A stretch of DNA of 64,000 bases from an uncultured Pseudobdellovibrionaceae bacterium (GTDB taxonomy: Bacteria; Bdellovibrionota; FAC87; UBA2466), in the NCBI GenBank assembly GCA_964519985.1, contig CAZFMF010000018.1, forward strand, positions 4,674 through 68,673, in the 5' to 3' direction. Below are positions 1 through 11,570 of this stretch, piece by piece. The notes beneath the pieces were generated by a model that worked only from the letters and a program-made list of their open reading frames with translations, did no database searches and was not told the origin of the DNA. How positions within the stretch are numbered: position 1 is the stretch's first letter; each line of letters starts with the position of its first letter. Position numbers and translations under genes: made by a program.

Positions 1-1115
1 CGAGAAAATAAAGCGGCAGGACTACGTCTAAACCCCCAAAGCGTGAATAGGTAAATGCCGAGTGCGGCGAGCGTCTTGCTCGCAAAGGCAGTCGCGCGCG
101 GATCCCAAATCGCCTTCGGCCAGAGATCGGTATAAGCCACGGTGCCGGCGAACGCGAGCAACCCCCAAACCACGAGCGCCTTGGCCCGTTCCCGCCCCGG
201 AACACCCAGAATCGTCGACATGAGAAAAAGATAGGCGGGGGCCAAGAGCACGAAGGTTGGAGACTCCGTGCGCGGGCTAAAGAGCAGCAGCGCCGCGGCG
301 CCGAGCGTATAGAAGAGCCCCCAGGAGAAATGAGAGACCTTTCGGAATGAGTGCGCCAGCAACGTCAGGGTGATGGGCAAAACGAGCGACTGAATCACGC
401 GTCCCACCGACCCCAACCCCGGATCCATTCGCGCCAAGACGCTGTGAATATCCAAAAGGCCGGGCGCTCCCATATCGGCCATCAACGTCTGCACCCAGTG
501 AAGGTGCGCCTGCCAACACCCGTGCCAACCCAAGCGAACGATCGGCAGCAGTAGCAACTCCAAGCTAAAGATCACTAAGTGAAGGAAATAGCGCCCGCCG
601 CCCGGGATGAGTAGAAGGGCGGCGAAGAAACCGGGCAGGAGTTTCAGATTGGTATCCAGCGCAATCCAGCGTGCGGCGCGGGCCTTGTTCTGGTCGCGCA
701 TTTCCGCCAGCGCGACCAGCAGAACACCGGCCATCAATGCATTGATCTGCTGGTAGCGCAAACTCGTATCGAGTTCCATGGCCGTTACCGCGGTCGCGAT
801 CCAAATCAGGGGGTGGGTGGCCCGCTCCCAACGAAACCAGCGCGAAAGTCCGTACCAGAAAATCAAAGCATTCAGGGCGGCCCACGTCAGGGCTTGGATC
901 ACGTCGGGAAGGGCAGCGAAGAGGCCGTAGGCGGCAGCGAAGAACGGTGAGTACTTGAACCAGTCGCCTTTTCCGTTCGGTGGCTGATAAGGATCTTCGC
1001 CGGCCCAAAAATGATCGGCAGCGCGCTCGTAGGTTTGCGTTACGATATTGGTGCCGGTCCGCGCCAGCATCGGCGCAACCGCTAACCAGGATATCAGGGC
1101 CAGCAAAATCCAAGA
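1..1115 (-). CDS. Partial (runs off the window edge) polytopic integral membrane protein; possible GT-C-type glycosyltransferase (DUF2029/GT87-like)
   Basis: My own translation of the minus strand from the ATG at ~1113-1115 gives a stop-free, very hydrophobic product ('MRNSWILLALISWLAVAPMLARTGTNIVTQTYERAADHFWAGEDPYQPP...') continuing to position 1. It is absent from the ORF track, presumably because it lacks an in-window stop. The listed ORFs 277..528 and 565..1182 are Arg-rich shadow frames. Confidence 0.5.
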
Positions 1116-1123
1116 GTTGCGCA

Positions 1124-3166
1124 TCAAGGTTTGAGTCGGGCGGAAAGAATCTTGTCGCCGACTTCCAGCTTATCGGCGACATCCATACCGTCGGTCACTT
1201 CTCCGAAAACCGTGTAACGGCCATCGAGGTGGAGGTTCGGCGCCAGGTTAATAAAAAATTGGCTCCCGCCGGTATCCTTACCACTGGTGGCCAGGCCGAT
1301 CGTTCCGCGCAGGTGGGACCGCGGGGAGACTTCGTCGCGGACAAGGTACCCCGGTCCGCCAAAACCATCCGCGCGGGGATCGCCTCCCTGCACCACGAAC
1401 CCGGGAACGATCCGGTGAAAAGTGAGGCCGTCGTAAAAGTGTTTTTTAACCAACCGAATGAAGTGGACGGAATTCAACGGCGCTTCTTTGGCGAGTTTCA
1501 ACGTGATTTCGCCGCGCGAAGTTTTTAATTGCACCCGGGCATTCGCGGCCTCTTGGATTTCCGCGGACGTAAAGGGGAAGGGCGTCGGCTTGCTGTTCAA
1601 GGGAATCTGCCCGCTTTCGTCCCGACTCGCAATTTCCCGCAGGCCTTCCACCGCGGCGGAAACGACCAGTCGGTCTGGATCCTTGAGGGCCGATTCAAAG
1701 ATCGGTACCGTGTCGGCACTGCCCAAGCTCGACAACGCGGAAAGCACGGCGACCTTGCTTTCTACCAAATCGGGGCGCCCCATCGTAGCGTAAGCAGAAG
1801 CGAGGGGCGCAGCGAACTCCTTCCAGTGGTGCTTTTCGACGATGCCCGCCACCGCGGAAACGACCGCGGGGTCCTTCTTTTCCACCAGCGTTTTGAAGGT
1901 CGCGCGCAATTCGGAATTAAAAAAACCATCCGGCCGATCGGAAAGGGCTTCCAGGGTATCGAGCGCGACACGGGGGTCCGGGTCTTGGACAATTGCGCCC
2001 AGGAGCGGCGCATCGGTGGGTACGGCGACGGCCGCGAAGGCCGCGCCGGCCGGCGCGCGAATCGTTGATTTCCCGTCGGCCAGCTCTTTGAGCACCAAGG
2101 GTTTCCAAACTTCGGGGGCCGCGGCCGCACCCGCGCGGAGCGCTTTACCGCGAATCCAAACCGACGGTGTTTTCTTGAATAACTCGACGATGGCCGGGGA
2201 GAGTTCGCTGGCCGCGGTTTCAAAGGCTTGCGCGGTGTCGAGAGCCTGATACACCACCGCATTTTGCGGGGCGGCGATGCCATTACGGATCGCGCCCAGA
2301 ACCGCCGGCGAAATGGGGTGGCTGGCCAAGGATTTCAAAGTCTCGATCCGCACCGGCGGGGAGTAAAACGGCGCCGCCCGTTGAACCAATACCGCGGTAG
2401 CCGAGGGCGATTCGATCTTGGCCAGAACTTTTAATAAGAAGGGGATTGCATCCTTGTTTTTCACCGCATCAACCAGCTTGACGACTTCACTCGGCGGAAT
2501 ATGCGACGGCAATCCTTTGAAGCGGGAAAGGGCGAATGAGCAGTTGAGCGCGAGCCCGTCGGTTTGTTTGGCGCGTTGGATCAGCAGCATGTGGATGCCG
2601 GGCGGCACGACCCAGCTCTCCGAGTCCTTGGCCCAGAGTAGGCCCAGACCACGGCAAACCCCCTCGAGCACCTGGGGGTTGGCCACGTTCGAAAGGGCGT
2701 TGGCGAAGAGCGCCACGTTTTTTTCCGAACCCCCGCGCCCAATTGAAACGTAGAGATCGGCCAGGACGCCCGGGTCTTGTTGCATCGCCAGGTGCTGAAT
2801 GGCCATCGTCACCGCGGTATCGTCGGGGATAAGCCCGAGGGCAAACGCAACATCATTCTTGTTGGTGCCCCGCCGGCGATTGAGCATTCCGGAAAGCTCG
2901 CCGAGCAACGAAGCATCGCCAATCCGGGCCACCGCAAAGATCGCCGCTTGGCGCACCGAGGGCGTGGGGTGATGGATCGCCGTGGCCAGGTAGGCGTCCT
3001 TGAGGGTGCGTTGGTTCTCGGCGGAAAGAATCCGCGTCAGTGAATCGCGATTGGCGCTGGTGGGGGCGCGGTAGGAGGCCTTTTTTTTGGCTTGGGCCGT
3101 AGCACCGACGGTCACCGCCAGAAAAAGAGCGACCGGGAGCGCCGCGCGGAGCCGAAAGGGGAGCAT
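1124..3166 (-). CDS. Secreted HEAT/ARM-repeat protein fused to a C-terminal cyclophilin-type peptidyl-prolyl cis-trans isomerase
   Basis: N-terminal signal peptide (MLPFRLRAALPVALFLAVTVGATAQA). A long α-helical repeat region. The C-terminus carries the cyclophilin signature 'HRIVPGFVVQGGDP...GGSQFFINL...YTVFGEV'. Confidence 0.8.
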   Translation of the reverse strand: MLPFRLRAALPVALFLAVTVGATAQAKKKASYRAPTSANRDSLTRILSAENQRTLKDAYLATAIHHPTPSVRQAAIFAVARIGDASLLGELSGMLNRRRGTNKNDVAFALGLIPDDTAVTMAIQHLAMQQDPGVLADLYVSIGRGGSEKNVALFANALSNVANPQVLEGVCRGLGLLWAKDSESWVVPPGIHMLLIQRAKQTDGLALNCSFALSRFKGLPSHIPPSEVVKLVDAVKNKDAIPFLLKVLAKIESPSATAVLVQRAAPFYSPPVRIETLKSLASHPISPAVLGAIRNGIAAPQNAVVYQALDTAQAFETAASELSPAIVELFKKTPSVWIRGKALRAGAAAAPEVWKPLVLKELADGKSTIRAPAGAAFAAVAVPTDAPLLGAIVQDPDPRVALDTLEALSDRPDGFFNSELRATFKTLVEKKDPAVVSAVAGIVEKHHWKEFAAPLASAYATMGRPDLVESKVAVLSALSSLGSADTVPIFESALKDPDRLVVSAAVEGLREIASRDESGQIPLNSKPTPFPFTSAEIQEAANARVQLKTSRGEITLKLAKEAPLNSVHFIRLVKKHFYDGLTFHRIVPGFVVQGGDPRADGFGGPGYLVRDEVSPRSHLRGTIGLATSGKDTGGSQFFINLAPNLHLDGRYTVFGEVTDGMDVADKLEVGDKILSARLKP

Positions 3167-3218
3167 TTCATGAGGTTACCGTTGATCGCCGGAGCGGCAA
3201 AGACTAAGTTTTAGCGCA

Positions 3219-5483
3219 TTGGACTACCTAGCAAAATTGAATGAAGAGCAGCGGCGCGCGGTGGAATACGGGGCGGGACCCCTCTTGGTTTTGGCCGGGG
3301 CCGGTTCGGGAAAGACTCGGGTACTGACCCACCGCATTGCCCACCTGATTCACCATTATAAAGTGCATCCTTCGGAAATCTTTTCCGTGACGTTCACCAA
3401 TAAAGCGGCGGCGGAGATGCGCCACCGGGTTTTTGCGCTGATGCAAGGGCACCCGGCCTTTCGGGGCGAGCGCGATATTTGGGTGAGCACCTTTCATTCC
3501 TCCTGTATGCGCATTTTGCGCTCGGACATCCACCACCTCGGCTATCTGAATCAGTTCACGATCTATGATGACGCGGATCAGCTCTCGGTGGTGAAGGCCT
3601 GCTTGAAAGAGTTTCACTACAATGACAGCTCCTTCTCCCCCAAGGCATTCCAGGGGCGAATCAATCGGCTGAAAAACGAAGGCATCGATTTCGCGTCGTA
3701 CCGGCCCACCCAATTTGGAGGACCCTTCGAGGAGGCGTTTACCCGGGTTTTCGAGCGTTACACGCAGGTCCTGCAAAAGTCTTCGGCCGTGGATTTCGCG
3801 GATTTAATTCTGTTGACCGTGAAACTTTTCCAGCAGTTTCCCAAAGTGCTAGCGGCTTATCAGGCCCGTTTCCCATTTGTTTTGATCGATGAGTACCAGG
3901 ATACGAACAAGTGCCAGTATCTTTTGATGAAGCAGCTGGCCGGTCGCGACGCGAATCTCTGCGCGGTGGGCGATGAAGACCAGTCGATCTACCGATGGCG
4001 CGGAGCGGATATCTCGAATATTTTGAACTTCGAGAAGGACTATCCCACCGCCCAGATTTTCAAGTTGGAACAAAACTACCGTTCCAGCCGGAACATCATC
4101 GAGGCCGCGAGCCACCTCATTTCCAATAATACTGAGCGCCGCGATAAGAAGCTTTGGACCGACAATCAAGTGGGCGAGAAGATCGCGCTTTTGGAGTGCT
4201 ACGACGAACACGACGAAGCCATCAAAGTCGCGTCGGAAGTCATGAATGCCCTTTCGCAGGAGTTTCCCCTCAATCAGATTGCGATTTTCTACCGCACGAA
4301 TGCCCAGTCGCGTTTGTTGGAAGACATGCTGCGGGCGAAAGGCATTCACTACCAGATTTACGGCGGCCAGAAATTTTACGACCGCATGGAAGTGAAGGAT
4401 CTGCTGGCCTACCTGAAGCTGATTTGCAATCCGGACGACGATGTGAGCTTCCGTCGGGTGGTCAATGTCCCTGCGCGAGGGATCGGGGCCGTTTCCTTAG
4501 AAAAGCTCGTCGACAAAGCTAGGACCCAAGGGGTTTCGCTCTTCCGGCTTCTGGAAATGGCATTCGGATCGAAACCCGAGATCGCTCTGGAACTCGGGCG
4601 AGCGGAAAAGAATTTGCGGGGCTTCTACCAGCTGGTCGAAACGTTGAAGACCGCTAAGCGCGACCTCTTGCCCTCCGACTTGATCACCATGGCGATCGAG
4701 GACACCGGCTATCGCAAGATGCTCACGGATGAACACTCCACCGAATCGCAAAGCCGATTGGAAAATTTGGCGGAATTGCGACAAAGCGTAGTGGAATTTG
4801 AACTGCGCAGTGGGGCGGAAAATCCCGAGAAGGAATTGACGATTGAATCTTTCCTCGAGGAGATTGCGCTCGTCAGCGACATCGATCGCTTCGATCCGGA
4901 TGCGCCCGCGCTGAAAATGATGACCATCCATATGGCGAAGGGTCTGGAGTTCGACGTGGTCTTTATCGTGGGACTCGAAGAAGAGCTTTTCCCCAGTCTG
5001 CGCCCGTGGGAGCCGGAGGAACCGGCCGATGTCGAAGAAGAACGCCGCTTGATGTACGTCGGGATGACGCGAGCCCGAAAGAAACTCCATCTCCTATTCG
5101 CAAAGAACCGGACCATTTTTGGCAACGCGGGTTTTCGGGTGATGAGCCGTTTTGTCGATGAGATCCCCCGTGACTATATTGAGGAGAAACGTGCTGACTA
5201 TTTTACCCGCCGGCGCGGCGCCATGGATCGTCCCGGTTTGATCCCGGCTCCGCAACGCACCACGGATGAGTGGGCGCAAGTCTCCGACTATCCGGAAAGC
5301 TGGTCCCAAGAACCCGAAGAAGAGACGGAAGGCGAATACCGTCAGGGGGCTAGGGTCCTCCACCCGCTTTTTGGGGAAGGGGTGGTGCGCCGGAGCATTG
5401 GGCGGGACAAGCTGATCGTGGAGTTTGCCGGTCGGGGGATGAAGAAAATCTCCCTCAAATTCACCCAGCTCAAGGTCTTGTAG
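3219..5483 (+). CDS. uvrD: ATP-dependent DNA helicase, UvrD/PcrA family
   Basis: N-terminus 'LNEEQRRAVEYGAGPLLVLAGAGSGKTRVLTHRIAHLI' (Walker A), plus DEYQDTN and the other SF1 helicase motifs. 754 aa. Starts at TTG. Confidence 0.9.
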   Translation: MDYLAKLNEEQRRAVEYGAGPLLVLAGAGSGKTRVLTHRIAHLIHHYKVHPSEIFSVTFTNKAAAEMRHRVFALMQGHPAFRGERDIWVSTFHSSCMRILRSDIHHLGYLNQFTIYDDADQLSVVKACLKEFHYNDSSFSPKAFQGRINRLKNEGIDFASYRPTQFGGPFEEAFTRVFERYTQVLQKSSAVDFADLILLTVKLFQQFPKVLAAYQARFPFVLIDEYQDTNKCQYLLMKQLAGRDANLCAVGDEDQSIYRWRGADISNILNFEKDYPTAQIFKLEQNYRSSRNIIEAASHLISNNTERRDKKLWTDNQVGEKIALLECYDEHDEAIKVASEVMNALSQEFPLNQIAIFYRTNAQSRLLEDMLRAKGIHYQIYGGQKFYDRMEVKDLLAYLKLICNPDDDVSFRRVVNVPARGIGAVSLEKLVDKARTQGVSLFRLLEMAFGSKPEIALELGRAEKNLRGFYQLVETLKTAKRDLLPSDLITMAIEDTGYRKMLTDEHSTESQSRLENLAELRQSVVEFELRSGAENPEKELTIESFLEEIALVSDIDRFDPDAPALKMMTIHMAKGLEFDVVFIVGLEEELFPSLRPWEPEEPADVEEERRLMYVGMTRARKKLHLLFAKNRTIFGNAGFRVMSRFVDEIPRDYIEEKRADYFTRRRGAMDRPGLIPAPQRTTDEWAQVSDYPESWSQEPEEETEGEYRQGARVLHPLFGEGVVRRSIGRDKLIVEFAGRGMKKISLKFTQLKVL

Positions 5484-5526
5484 CGCAGTTGCCGAGGCCG
5501 ATATCTGCGGGTAAGTTACCCCCCTT

Positions 5527-5820
5527 ATGTTTAGCCGCGAAGAAGTCCTGCGCATCGCCAAGCTCGCCCGATTGGAACTGACCGAAGAAGAAGTCGAGCG
5601 ATACCGACAGCAGCTCGAACGGGTTCTCGGGTACGTCCGCGAGCTGCAGGGCGTGGCCACGGAGGGGGATGCGTTTGTGAAACACGTCCCTCGCGATTCC
5701 GTCGCCCTGCGGGGAGATAAAGTTTTGCCGTTCGCCAATACCAAGGGTCTTTTGGAAAATGCCCCGGCACTGGAAGGCGATGCCTTCCTGCTGCCCACGG
5801 TGGTGGAGCACGAAGCATGA
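5527..5820 (+). CDS. gatC: Asp-tRNA(Asn)/Glu-tRNA(Gln) amidotransferase subunit C
   Basis: 97 aa, 'EEVLRIAKLARLELTEEEVERYRQQLERVLGYVRELQGV'. Lies immediately upstream of gatA, with a 4-nt overlap. Confidence 0.9.
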   Translation: MFSREEVLRIAKLARLELTEEEVERYRQQLERVLGYVRELQGVATEGDAFVKHVPRDSVALRGDKVLPFANTKGLLENAPALEGDAFLLPTVVEHEA

Positions 5821-7298
5821 GTGCATTTCGGAAGCAGGGAATTCAGGATCTTTGCGAGGGATACCAGCGTAAGGACTTCAAGCCGACGGAGGTCGTGAGT
5901 TCGCTGCTCGACGTCGTCAAAAAGTCGAATCCGGAGCTGAATGCGATTTTGGAATTACGCGCGGAAGATGTGCTCGCGCGGGCCAAGGATTTGGACGCGC
6001 GCCTCGGTGAGGCCGCGAAGCTGCCCCTGTACGGCGTTCCGATCGCGATCAAGGACAATATTCTGGTGAAGGGCTGGAAGGCGACGGCCGGCTCGAAGAG
6101 TTTGGAAAAGTACTTGTCTCCCTACACGGGAACTTGTGTGGAGCGGCTGGAGGCGGCCGGGGCCATTGTTTTCGGCAAAGCGAATTGTGATGAGTTCGCC
6201 ATGGGGTCCTCGAATGAGAACAGTGCCTTTGGTCCCGCGCGCAACCCCTGGGATCCGGAGCGAGTGACCGGCGGTTCTAGCGGCGGATCGGCGGCGGCCG
6301 TGGCGGCCGGTTTTGCTCCCGGAGCCCTGGGAACCGACACCGGGGGATCGATTCGGCAGCCGGCCAGTCTTTGCGGCGTCGTCGGCGTAAAGCCGACGTA
6401 TGGTCGCGTGAGCCGCTACGGAGTGATTGCGTTTGCGAGCTCATTGGATCAGGTCGGGCCTTTCGGGCGTTCGGTTTGGGACGCGGCCCGGATGATGGAA
6501 GTCATTTCCGGTTACGACGCGCGCGACGCCACGAGTTCGCGGGCGGTGGTGCCTAAGTTTACCGAGAATCTCGCGACCCCGGGCGCCGATTCTTTACGCA
6601 ATTTGAGTATCGGTATCGCGCCCGAATGGATGGAGGGCCTCGATCCGGAAGTCCGGAAGTCGTTCGATACTTCGGTCGAGACGCTGAAATCGCTCGGTGC
6701 CAAAATCGTCGAAGTGAAGCTCCCCCACACGAAGTACGCGCTCTCGGTGTACTACTTGATCGCGGCGAGTGAAGCGAGTAGCAACCTAGCTCGTTACGAC
6801 GGTATTCACTATGGCGGTCGCACCCCATCGGCCAAGGATCTGGAGGAAGTTTATTCGCGCAGCCGGGGGGGCACGCTCGGACGCGAGGTGAAGTTGCGCA
6901 TCATGTTGGGAACCTACGCTTTGAGCGCTGGCTACTACGATGCGTTTTACGGAAAAGCGAATCAAGTCCGGCGGTTGATCCAAAAGGACTTTGAAGACGC
7001 TTTCGCCAAAGTCCATTGTGTGGCCTCTCCGACTGCCCCGACCACCGCGTTCCGATTGGGAGAGAAGCTCGAAGACCCGTTGACGATGTATCTCTCCGAT
7101 ATTTTTACCTTGCCGGTGAACCTCGCGGGACTGCCGGGCATCTCCGTCCCAAGTGGATTGGATTCCGATCGCTTGCCGATTGGTTTGCAGCTGATCGGAA
7201 AGCTCTTCGACGAAAGCCAGCTTTTGCAAATTGCCAATGCCTATGAAAAAGCGCGCGGCCCGTTATCGCAGCCTCCGTGGAAAGGAGATCGGGCATGA
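5817..7298 (+). CDS. gatA: Glutamyl-tRNA(Gln) amidotransferase subunit A (amidase signature family)
   Basis: Amidase signature 'GGSSGGSAAAVAAG'. 493 aa. Order is gatC-gatA-gatB. Confidence 0.95.
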   Translation: MSAFRKQGIQDLCEGYQRKDFKPTEVVSSLLDVVKKSNPELNAILELRAEDVLARAKDLDARLGEAAKLPLYGVPIAIKDNILVKGWKATAGSKSLEKYLSPYTGTCVERLEAAGAIVFGKANCDEFAMGSSNENSAFGPARNPWDPERVTGGSSGGSAAAVAAGFAPGALGTDTGGSIRQPASLCGVVGVKPTYGRVSRYGVIAFASSLDQVGPFGRSVWDAARMMEVISGYDARDATSSRAVVPKFTENLATPGADSLRNLSIGIAPEWMEGLDPEVRKSFDTSVETLKSLGAKIVEVKLPHTKYALSVYYLIAASEASSNLARYDGIHYGGRTPSAKDLEEVYSRSRGGTLGREVKLRIMLGTYALSAGYYDAFYGKANQVRRLIQKDFEDAFAKVHCVASPTAPTTAFRLGEKLEDPLTMYLSDIFTLPVNLAGLPGISVPSGLDSDRLPIGLQLIGKLFDESQLLQIANAYEKARGPLSQPPWKGDRA

Positions 7299-8728
7299 GC
7301 GACAATCGATTTGAAGCCGTGATCGGACTCGAAGTCCACGCCCAGGTGCTCACTAAGAGTAAGATGTTTTGCTCCTGCGCCAATGCGTTCGGCACCGAAG
7401 TGAACACGCAGATATGCCCGGTTTGCTCCGGTCAACCTGGCTCTTTGCCGGTGATCAACCAAGCCGCGATCGAATTGGGCATCCGCGCGGCCTTGGCGTT
7501 AAACCTTAAAATCCATTCCGAGAGTGTTTTCGCCCGGAAGAACTATTTCTATCCGGATCTCCCGAAGGGCTACCAGATCAGTCAGTATGAGCGGCCCTAT
7601 TCCACCGGCGGCAAAATTGAAGTCATCTTGAAAACCGGGGAAACGAAGTGGATCGGAATTACTCGCATTCACTTCGAGGAAGATGCCGGCAAATCGATCC
7701 ACGGGGAAGGTGGAACCCTCGTCAATCTCAATCGCGCCGGCGTGCCACTCATCGAAATCGTGAGCGAACCCGATATGCGTAACTCGCACGAAGCCGGTCA
7801 GTACCTACGCGCCCTGCATTCGGTTTTGCGCTTCGGGGATATCTGTGACGGAAACATGGATCAGGGCAGCTTCCGCTGCGATGCGAATATCTCGGTGCGC
7901 CCGGTGGGTCAGCAGAAATTCGGCACGAAGGTGGAGTTGAAAAACATCAATTCCTTCCGCTTTGTCGAAAAAGCGATCGATTACGAAATTGAACGGCAAA
8001 TTGATTGCATCGATCACGGTAAGCCGATCGTACAGGAAACCCGCAGCTGGAATTCCGCTAAGGGCGTTACCGAAACGATGCGCGCCAAGGAACAGGCCCA
8101 TGACTACCGATACTTCCCGGAGCCGGACCTTCCGCCGCTGGTGATCCCGCAGACCTGGATCGATAAAGTAGCGGCGGAAATGCCGGAGATGCCGGCGGCC
8201 AAGCGCGGTCGTTTCAGGGCCGATTACGGCCTGGGCGACTACGACGCGGGGGTTTTGACCTCGACGAAAGAGCTCGCGAAGTTCTACGAGGACACCGCGG
8301 CCAAGTCGGGCAATCCGAAGGCCACCGCCAACTGGGTCATGAATGAGCTCCTGGGACGTTTGAACGCGGCCGGCAAGGAAATCGAGGACAGCCCGGTTTC
8401 GGTCGAAAATCTCGCCCAGTTGATTCAATCCGTGGAGACGGGCAAGATTAGCGGTAAGATTGCAAAAACGGTATTTGAGGAAATGTTCGCCGAAGGTGGA
8501 GACCCGGAGTCCATCATTAAGGCTAAGGGGCTCGTGCAAATCAGCGACCCGGCGGCCATCGAAGCGATCGTAAAGAAGATCGTGGCGGCAAACCCGCAAC
8601 AGGCGGCGGACTACCGGGCCGGCAAAGTAAAGCTTCTCGGCTTCTTCGTGGGTCAGGCTATGAAGGAAACCAAGGGGCAAGCGAATCCGGCCCTGCTAAA
8701 CGATCTGGTAAAAAAAGTCTTGGGTTAG
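7295..8728 (+). CDS. gatB: Asp-tRNA(Asn)/Glu-tRNA(Gln) amidotransferase subunit B
   Basis: 'MSDNRFEAVIGLEVHAQ...' typical GatB N-terminus. The ATG at 7295 overlaps the gatA stop (ATGA). The track's upstream extension is probably spurious. Confidence 0.95.
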   Translation: MSDNRFEAVIGLEVHAQVLTKSKMFCSCANAFGTEVNTQICPVCSGQPGSLPVINQAAIELGIRAALALNLKIHSESVFARKNYFYPDLPKGYQISQYERPYSTGGKIEVILKTGETKWIGITRIHFEEDAGKSIHGEGGTLVNLNRAGVPLIEIVSEPDMRNSHEAGQYLRALHSVLRFGDICDGNMDQGSFRCDANISVRPVGQQKFGTKVELKNINSFRFVEKAIDYEIERQIDCIDHGKPIVQETRSWNSAKGVTETMRAKEQAHDYRYFPEPDLPPLVIPQTWIDKVAAEMPEMPAAKRGRFRADYGLGDYDAGVLTSTKELAKFYEDTAAKSGNPKATANWVMNELLGRLNAAGKEIEDSPVSVENLAQLIQSVETGKISGKIAKTVFEEMFAEGGDPESIIKAKGLVQISDPAAIEAIVKKIVAANPQQAADYRAGKVKLLGFFVGQAMKETKGQANPALLNDLVKKVLG

Positions 8729-9712
<984 letters not shown>

Positions 9713-11226
9713 CTATTTCAGCGCGGCGTAAATCTGTTTCACGACTGCTTCGGGTAGGGGTTTTAAAGGCACCGCTCCCATGGAGTCGTGAACATAGGCC
9801 GGTTTTCGCATTCCATTCAAAACGCAGCTCACTCCCGGAGTGTGAATCAAGATTCCGAGCGCCTTTTGCGACAGGGATGTCTTGCGCCATTCCTCGGGCA
9901 GGAAGGGATCGATTTTGGCAGAAAGCGCATCGCTGTTTTCCTGACTGCGGCGGTTGGCCGCGTCGCGCAGCGCGGCCAGGCACGAACGCAGCTTAGGTAG
10001 GTAGCGGTTTTGCCATTCGGCCCAGGGACCCTGCTGCAGCTGCGTCGAAAGCTGATCGCATAGTTCCGTGACGTGTTGGCTGATCTGTTCCTCCACTTGG
10101 GACCATCGGTCTGCACCTAGGGGAAGATCTTTCACTTGGGCCAGATCCTGGGTCCAACGGAAAAGATCGGATGCCGAAACGCCGCCGCCGGTTTGGATGC
10201 CCGGGGCGATCTTGACCGCGAATTCCCCTTCGAGCAATGCCAGCTGCTCGAGCAGCGTATCGATGGACCCCACTCCGGCGTTTTGACTAAAGTCGGACAG
10301 ACGCACCATTTGCTGTTGGGTAAAGGCGTTCAGCGGGCGATTGACCAAGATCGCAATGCGTTGTTTGGCCGCGAACTCCAACGCGGTTTGGGAATCGGAA
10401 GGCCCGGTGTTTTTCACGAAGTAGGGGCCCGTTTCGTAAAGGTTCATCGGGAGCTGCGCCACGTGAAAATGGTGTTTTTCCGGCGCGCCATTTTTTTCCT
10501 GGGACGCGGCCCGCGCCGCTTCCCAAAAAAGGGACAAGGACGTTGCGTCCGGTCGATCCCCCGGTGCTCCCAAGGTATTGGACGACACGCCGTAGCCTTG
10601 GAGCTTACCCGCGGCCACTTGTTCTTCAAAAAAAACGAACGCGCGGCGCACGCGGTCATAAAACTCCTGCCGCAGCTCAGAGACGCGGAAGGGCGCGCCG
10701 CGTTTGGCCGCGTCCATCATGAAGTATTCCGGATTGTGCAGGAGACAGAAGTCCAGGCATTCGACATCGAGACGTTCCAAAGATTTCTGGAGTTGCACGG
10801 CGAGAAAGTCCGGGTGGATGCAGTGCCAACACCCCTGCATGTATTTCACCATTTCCGCAAAGGGCTGGCCGGAGGCCTCGCGCTCCTGAGCGAGGGCCAG
10901 GGCTTGGCCCTGGACGTAACCGAGTTTCGAAACGAGTACGACCTGTTCCCGATCTAAAACGCCGACCCGGATAAGTTCCGCCAACGCTTTTCCCACCGCT
11001 CGTTCGCTACCGCCGTCGGTATAGTTCGACGAGGTATCGATTAAGTTACAACCCGAAAGCAGGGCGGTCTTAAGGGCTTCGGCTTGAACCGGCGAACGAT
11101 CGTCGACCCGGTAACCACCGAAACCGACGTGAGAGCAATGGAGCCCCGCCTCCAACCACCCTCCGAGTTCGGCCCGCGAATTGAAGTACTCGGCGGTGGC
11201 TTCCGCCGTTGCGTGTCCCGGTATCA
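9713..11226 (-). CDS. Long aldo/keto reductase family oxidoreductase
   Basis: AKR core 'LIDTSSNYTDGGSERAVGKAL...LERLDVECLDFCLLHNPE'. The likely start is an internal Met (MIPGHATAEATAEYF, ~11226, or M at ~11283). The first ~115 codons of the track ORF overlap bolA on the opposite strand and are spurious. Confidence 0.75.
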
Positions 11227-11320
11227 TCGTGCCTCCGGCGGGCACAGTACCCGGGGCCGGCGATACCGGCAATGGCCCCGGCATTGCTTTTCTTGAAGGT
11301 TCAGGTAAGAGAGGGGCTCG

Positions 11321-11560
11321 ATGTTTTCGACGGATAAAATCAAAGAAATGGTAGAGACGGCGTTCCCAGGCTCTTCGGTGCAAGTCCGGGATTTGACCGG
11401 AACGAACGATCATTTTGAGCTCGTCGTGGTTTCCAGTATCTTTGAAGGCAAGCGTCCGGTGGAAAGACATCGGATGGTTTACACGGCCATCGGGGCCGCG
11501 GTGGGAAATGAAATCCACGCGCTCGCGCTCAAGACTTTGACGCCGTCGGAAAACGGCTAG
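11321..11560 (+). CDS. bolA: BolA family protein
   Basis: 79 aa, '...NDHFELVVVSSIFEGKRPVERHRMVY...' BolA fold signature. Adjacent to a CGFS glutaredoxin, the classic BolA–Grx4 pairing. Confidence 0.8.
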   Translation: MFSTDKIKEMVETAFPGSSVQVRDLTGTNDHFELVVVSSIFEGKRPVERHRMVYTAIGAAVGNEIHALALKTLTPSENG

Positions 11561-11570
11561 GGGAAAGAAC

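Noticed and set aside
277-1528. Track ORFs 277..528(-), 351..554(+), 565..1182(-), 980..1528(+)
   Set aside because: Their products are Arg/Pro/Gly-rich and low in complexity, as expected for off-frame ORFs in high-GC DNA. A convincing hydrophobic membrane-protein frame (1..1115, minus) and the PPIase gene account for this region.
3081-3088. T8/A8 homopolymer tracts within CDSs, as candidate phase-variation slippage sites; also at ~19891-19898, ~26555-26562 and ~58947-58954
   Set aside because: The tracts are only 8 nt, they encode ordinary KKK/FFF codons, and they are not in promoter spacers. There is no evidence of frameshifted pseudogenes around them.
3228-5125. Multiple minus-strand ORFs (3228..3776, 3849..4349, 4497..5090, 4709..5125) inside uvrD
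   Set aside because: These are antisense shadow ORFs within a highly confident helicase gene.
10136-10957. 273-aa plus-strand ORF antisense to the aldo/keto reductase
   Set aside because: It is the complementary-strand shadow of a confidently identified gene. The product is His/Arg-rich with no domain features.
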